Below are positions 62,953 to 64,000 of a stretch of DNA of 64,000 bases, piece after piece; position 1 is the stretch's first letter, and every line of letters begins with the position of its first letter. Under the pieces are notes generated by a model. It did not search any database. It saw only the letters and a program-made list of their open reading frames with translations, and was not told the origin of the DNA. The position numbers were made by a program, and so were the translations under genes. Source of the stretch: Pelomyxa schiedti (lineage: Eukaryota; Protista; Evosea); contig JAHLWZ010000841.1 of the NCBI GenBank assembly GCA_020536535.1, positions 18,197-82,196 of the forward strand. The letters run 5' to 3'.

Positions 62953-63594
62953 ATGCCAGGACCGAACAAGTGCGGGAGAGGGAGAGGCGGCGCGAGAGGG
63001 AGAGGGAGAAAGAGAGGCGGGGGCACCAAGGGGGAGCAGCCCAGAGGGGGCGACCACGACTGCGACGACTTGTGCTCCTGCACCAACGGCGGCACAAAGA
63101 GGGACGACCAAAGTGTCAACTTCCGACGGTACATGTCACTTTTCTTCAGTCTTCCACTATATAGTGTCATCTCTCCAGATGGCTGGAGCAATGTTGGGCG
63201 TGTGCATCACGAGGGTGATGACGATACGCACCCTTTTCTCGAGTCGCCATCTGAGGAAGGAGCAAAAAAAGCCCACACTAGCACCGTCCCTACCACCCCT
63301 CCAATGGATGTCAGCAGTACCAGTGCAGAAACAACAAGCACAAGCACAACCCCTCAGCTAACAGTGGCACCTACCGTTAGTCAGAGTTCCACCCCAAGCA
63401 CCTCTTCCTCCGTCGGTTTATGTTCGTTCTGCAGGAGGCCGGCCACAGCCCTACAAAACTGCACCCATTGCCACTCCCCAGGCACCATGTACTGTTCACT
63501 GGAATGCCAGGGACAAGACACGGCACACCATTCAAGAGGTTGTTCTGGCTGTTCTCTCCAGGCAAGGAGATCTTGGAAGATTTCAGAAGACTGA
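62953..63594 (+). CDS. Small MYND-type zinc finger protein
   Basis: CSFC..CTHC..YCSLECQ..HSRGC; ATG at 62953; probable in-frame-readable intron at about 63129-63178. Confidence 0.65.
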   Translation: MPGPNKCGRGRGGARGRGRKRGGGTKGEQPRGGDHDCDDLCSCTNGGTKRDDQSVNFRRYMSLFFSLPLYSVISPDGWSNVGRVHHEGDDDTHPFLESPSEEGAKKAHTSTVPTTPPMDVSSTSAETTSTSTTPQLTVAPTVSQSSTPSTSSSVGLCSFCRRPATALQNCTHCHSPGTMYCSLECQGQDTAHHSRGCSGCSLQARRSWKISED

Positions 63595-63769
63595 AGCGGA
63601 CTTCTTGTTGGACAACCCCGTTTCTGTACATACATCTTGTTCCAAAAAAAAAAAAACGCTGAGCGCTCAGCGTTTGTGTTTTCCTTGTGTAGTCTGGGAA
63701 TACAGCGCCCAAATACAAGTTTTTGTTTCTTAGTTTGCACTTGCTTGCAGGAACCACATTAGACTTTGT

Positions 63770-64000
63770 CTAAAACCAGTTCGTTTCCTCGACTCTGTTC
63801 TGTTGCCTCAACTGGTTTCCTCGACTCTCAGTTCCTCGTCCTATTTGACGTGGAATTACACTCAGGGGGAAACGCCATAATGGGAAGAGTGCCTGCTCAA
63901 ACAACGGGGGCACTACTCCACTGGGAAAAGAGCCTGTCCCATAACACATCAGCAATGAGGTCTTCCCGACGTTACCATCCCCAACTATGACCATCTTCAC
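63770..64000 (-). CDS. Rho/Rac-like small GTPase fragment (P-loop only; starts beyond the right edge, possibly a pseudogene)
   Basis: KMVIVGDGNVGKTSLL..FP..PPLFE; no WDTAG (G3) motif follows within the window. Confidence 0.55.
   Translation of the reverse strand: MKMVIVGDGNVGKTSLLMCYGTGSFPSGVVPPLFEQALFPLWRFPLSVIPRQIGRGTESRGNQLRQQNRVEETNWF

Noticed and set aside
1-64000. Introns with the predicted variant donor RTATCGG
   Set aside because: TATCGG matches seen (e.g. 7858, 19807, 35748, 39033, 53036) are on the non-coding strand or inside exons; no such intron was identified in this window by eye.

Overview
Gene-dense, intron-rich eukaryotic DNA with many short GT-AG introns (about 25-70 nt) and short intergenic gaps. 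It is most consistent with an amoebozoan, probably an archamoeba such as Pelomyxa (inference from gene families and a Dictyostelium-type snRNA promoter motif). Recognisable protein genes: ABCA transporter, RING/B-box (TRIM-like) protein, VIT/vWA protein, bZIP factor, annexin, M28 peptidase, AlkD-like glycosylase, a vWA + U1-70K-like RRM fusion, a methyltransferase, Sec8, CC2D2A, GH35 beta-galactosidase, an ankyrin/ARM protein, CEP162, sorbitol dehydrogenase, a MYND-finger protein and a Rho-like fragment. The most interesting content is non-coding. U6 (42583) and U6atac (35083) snRNA genes each start exactly 64 nt after a WCCCATAA (DUSE-like) element. The U6atac has an altered 5'-splice-site recognition box (AGCCGA instead of AAAGGA), predicting a re-coded minor intron 5' splice site. 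A third copy of the promoter precedes an unannotated, structured, oligo-T-terminated RNA of about 230 nt (about 50847-51080) with a hairpin-template-pseudoknot layout like telomerase RNA (candidate template UAAACCUAA, implying TTTAGG repeats). There is also an 88-89 bp MITE with 12-bp TIRs and 4-bp TSDs. Multi-exon gene boundaries were read by eye and are approximate.
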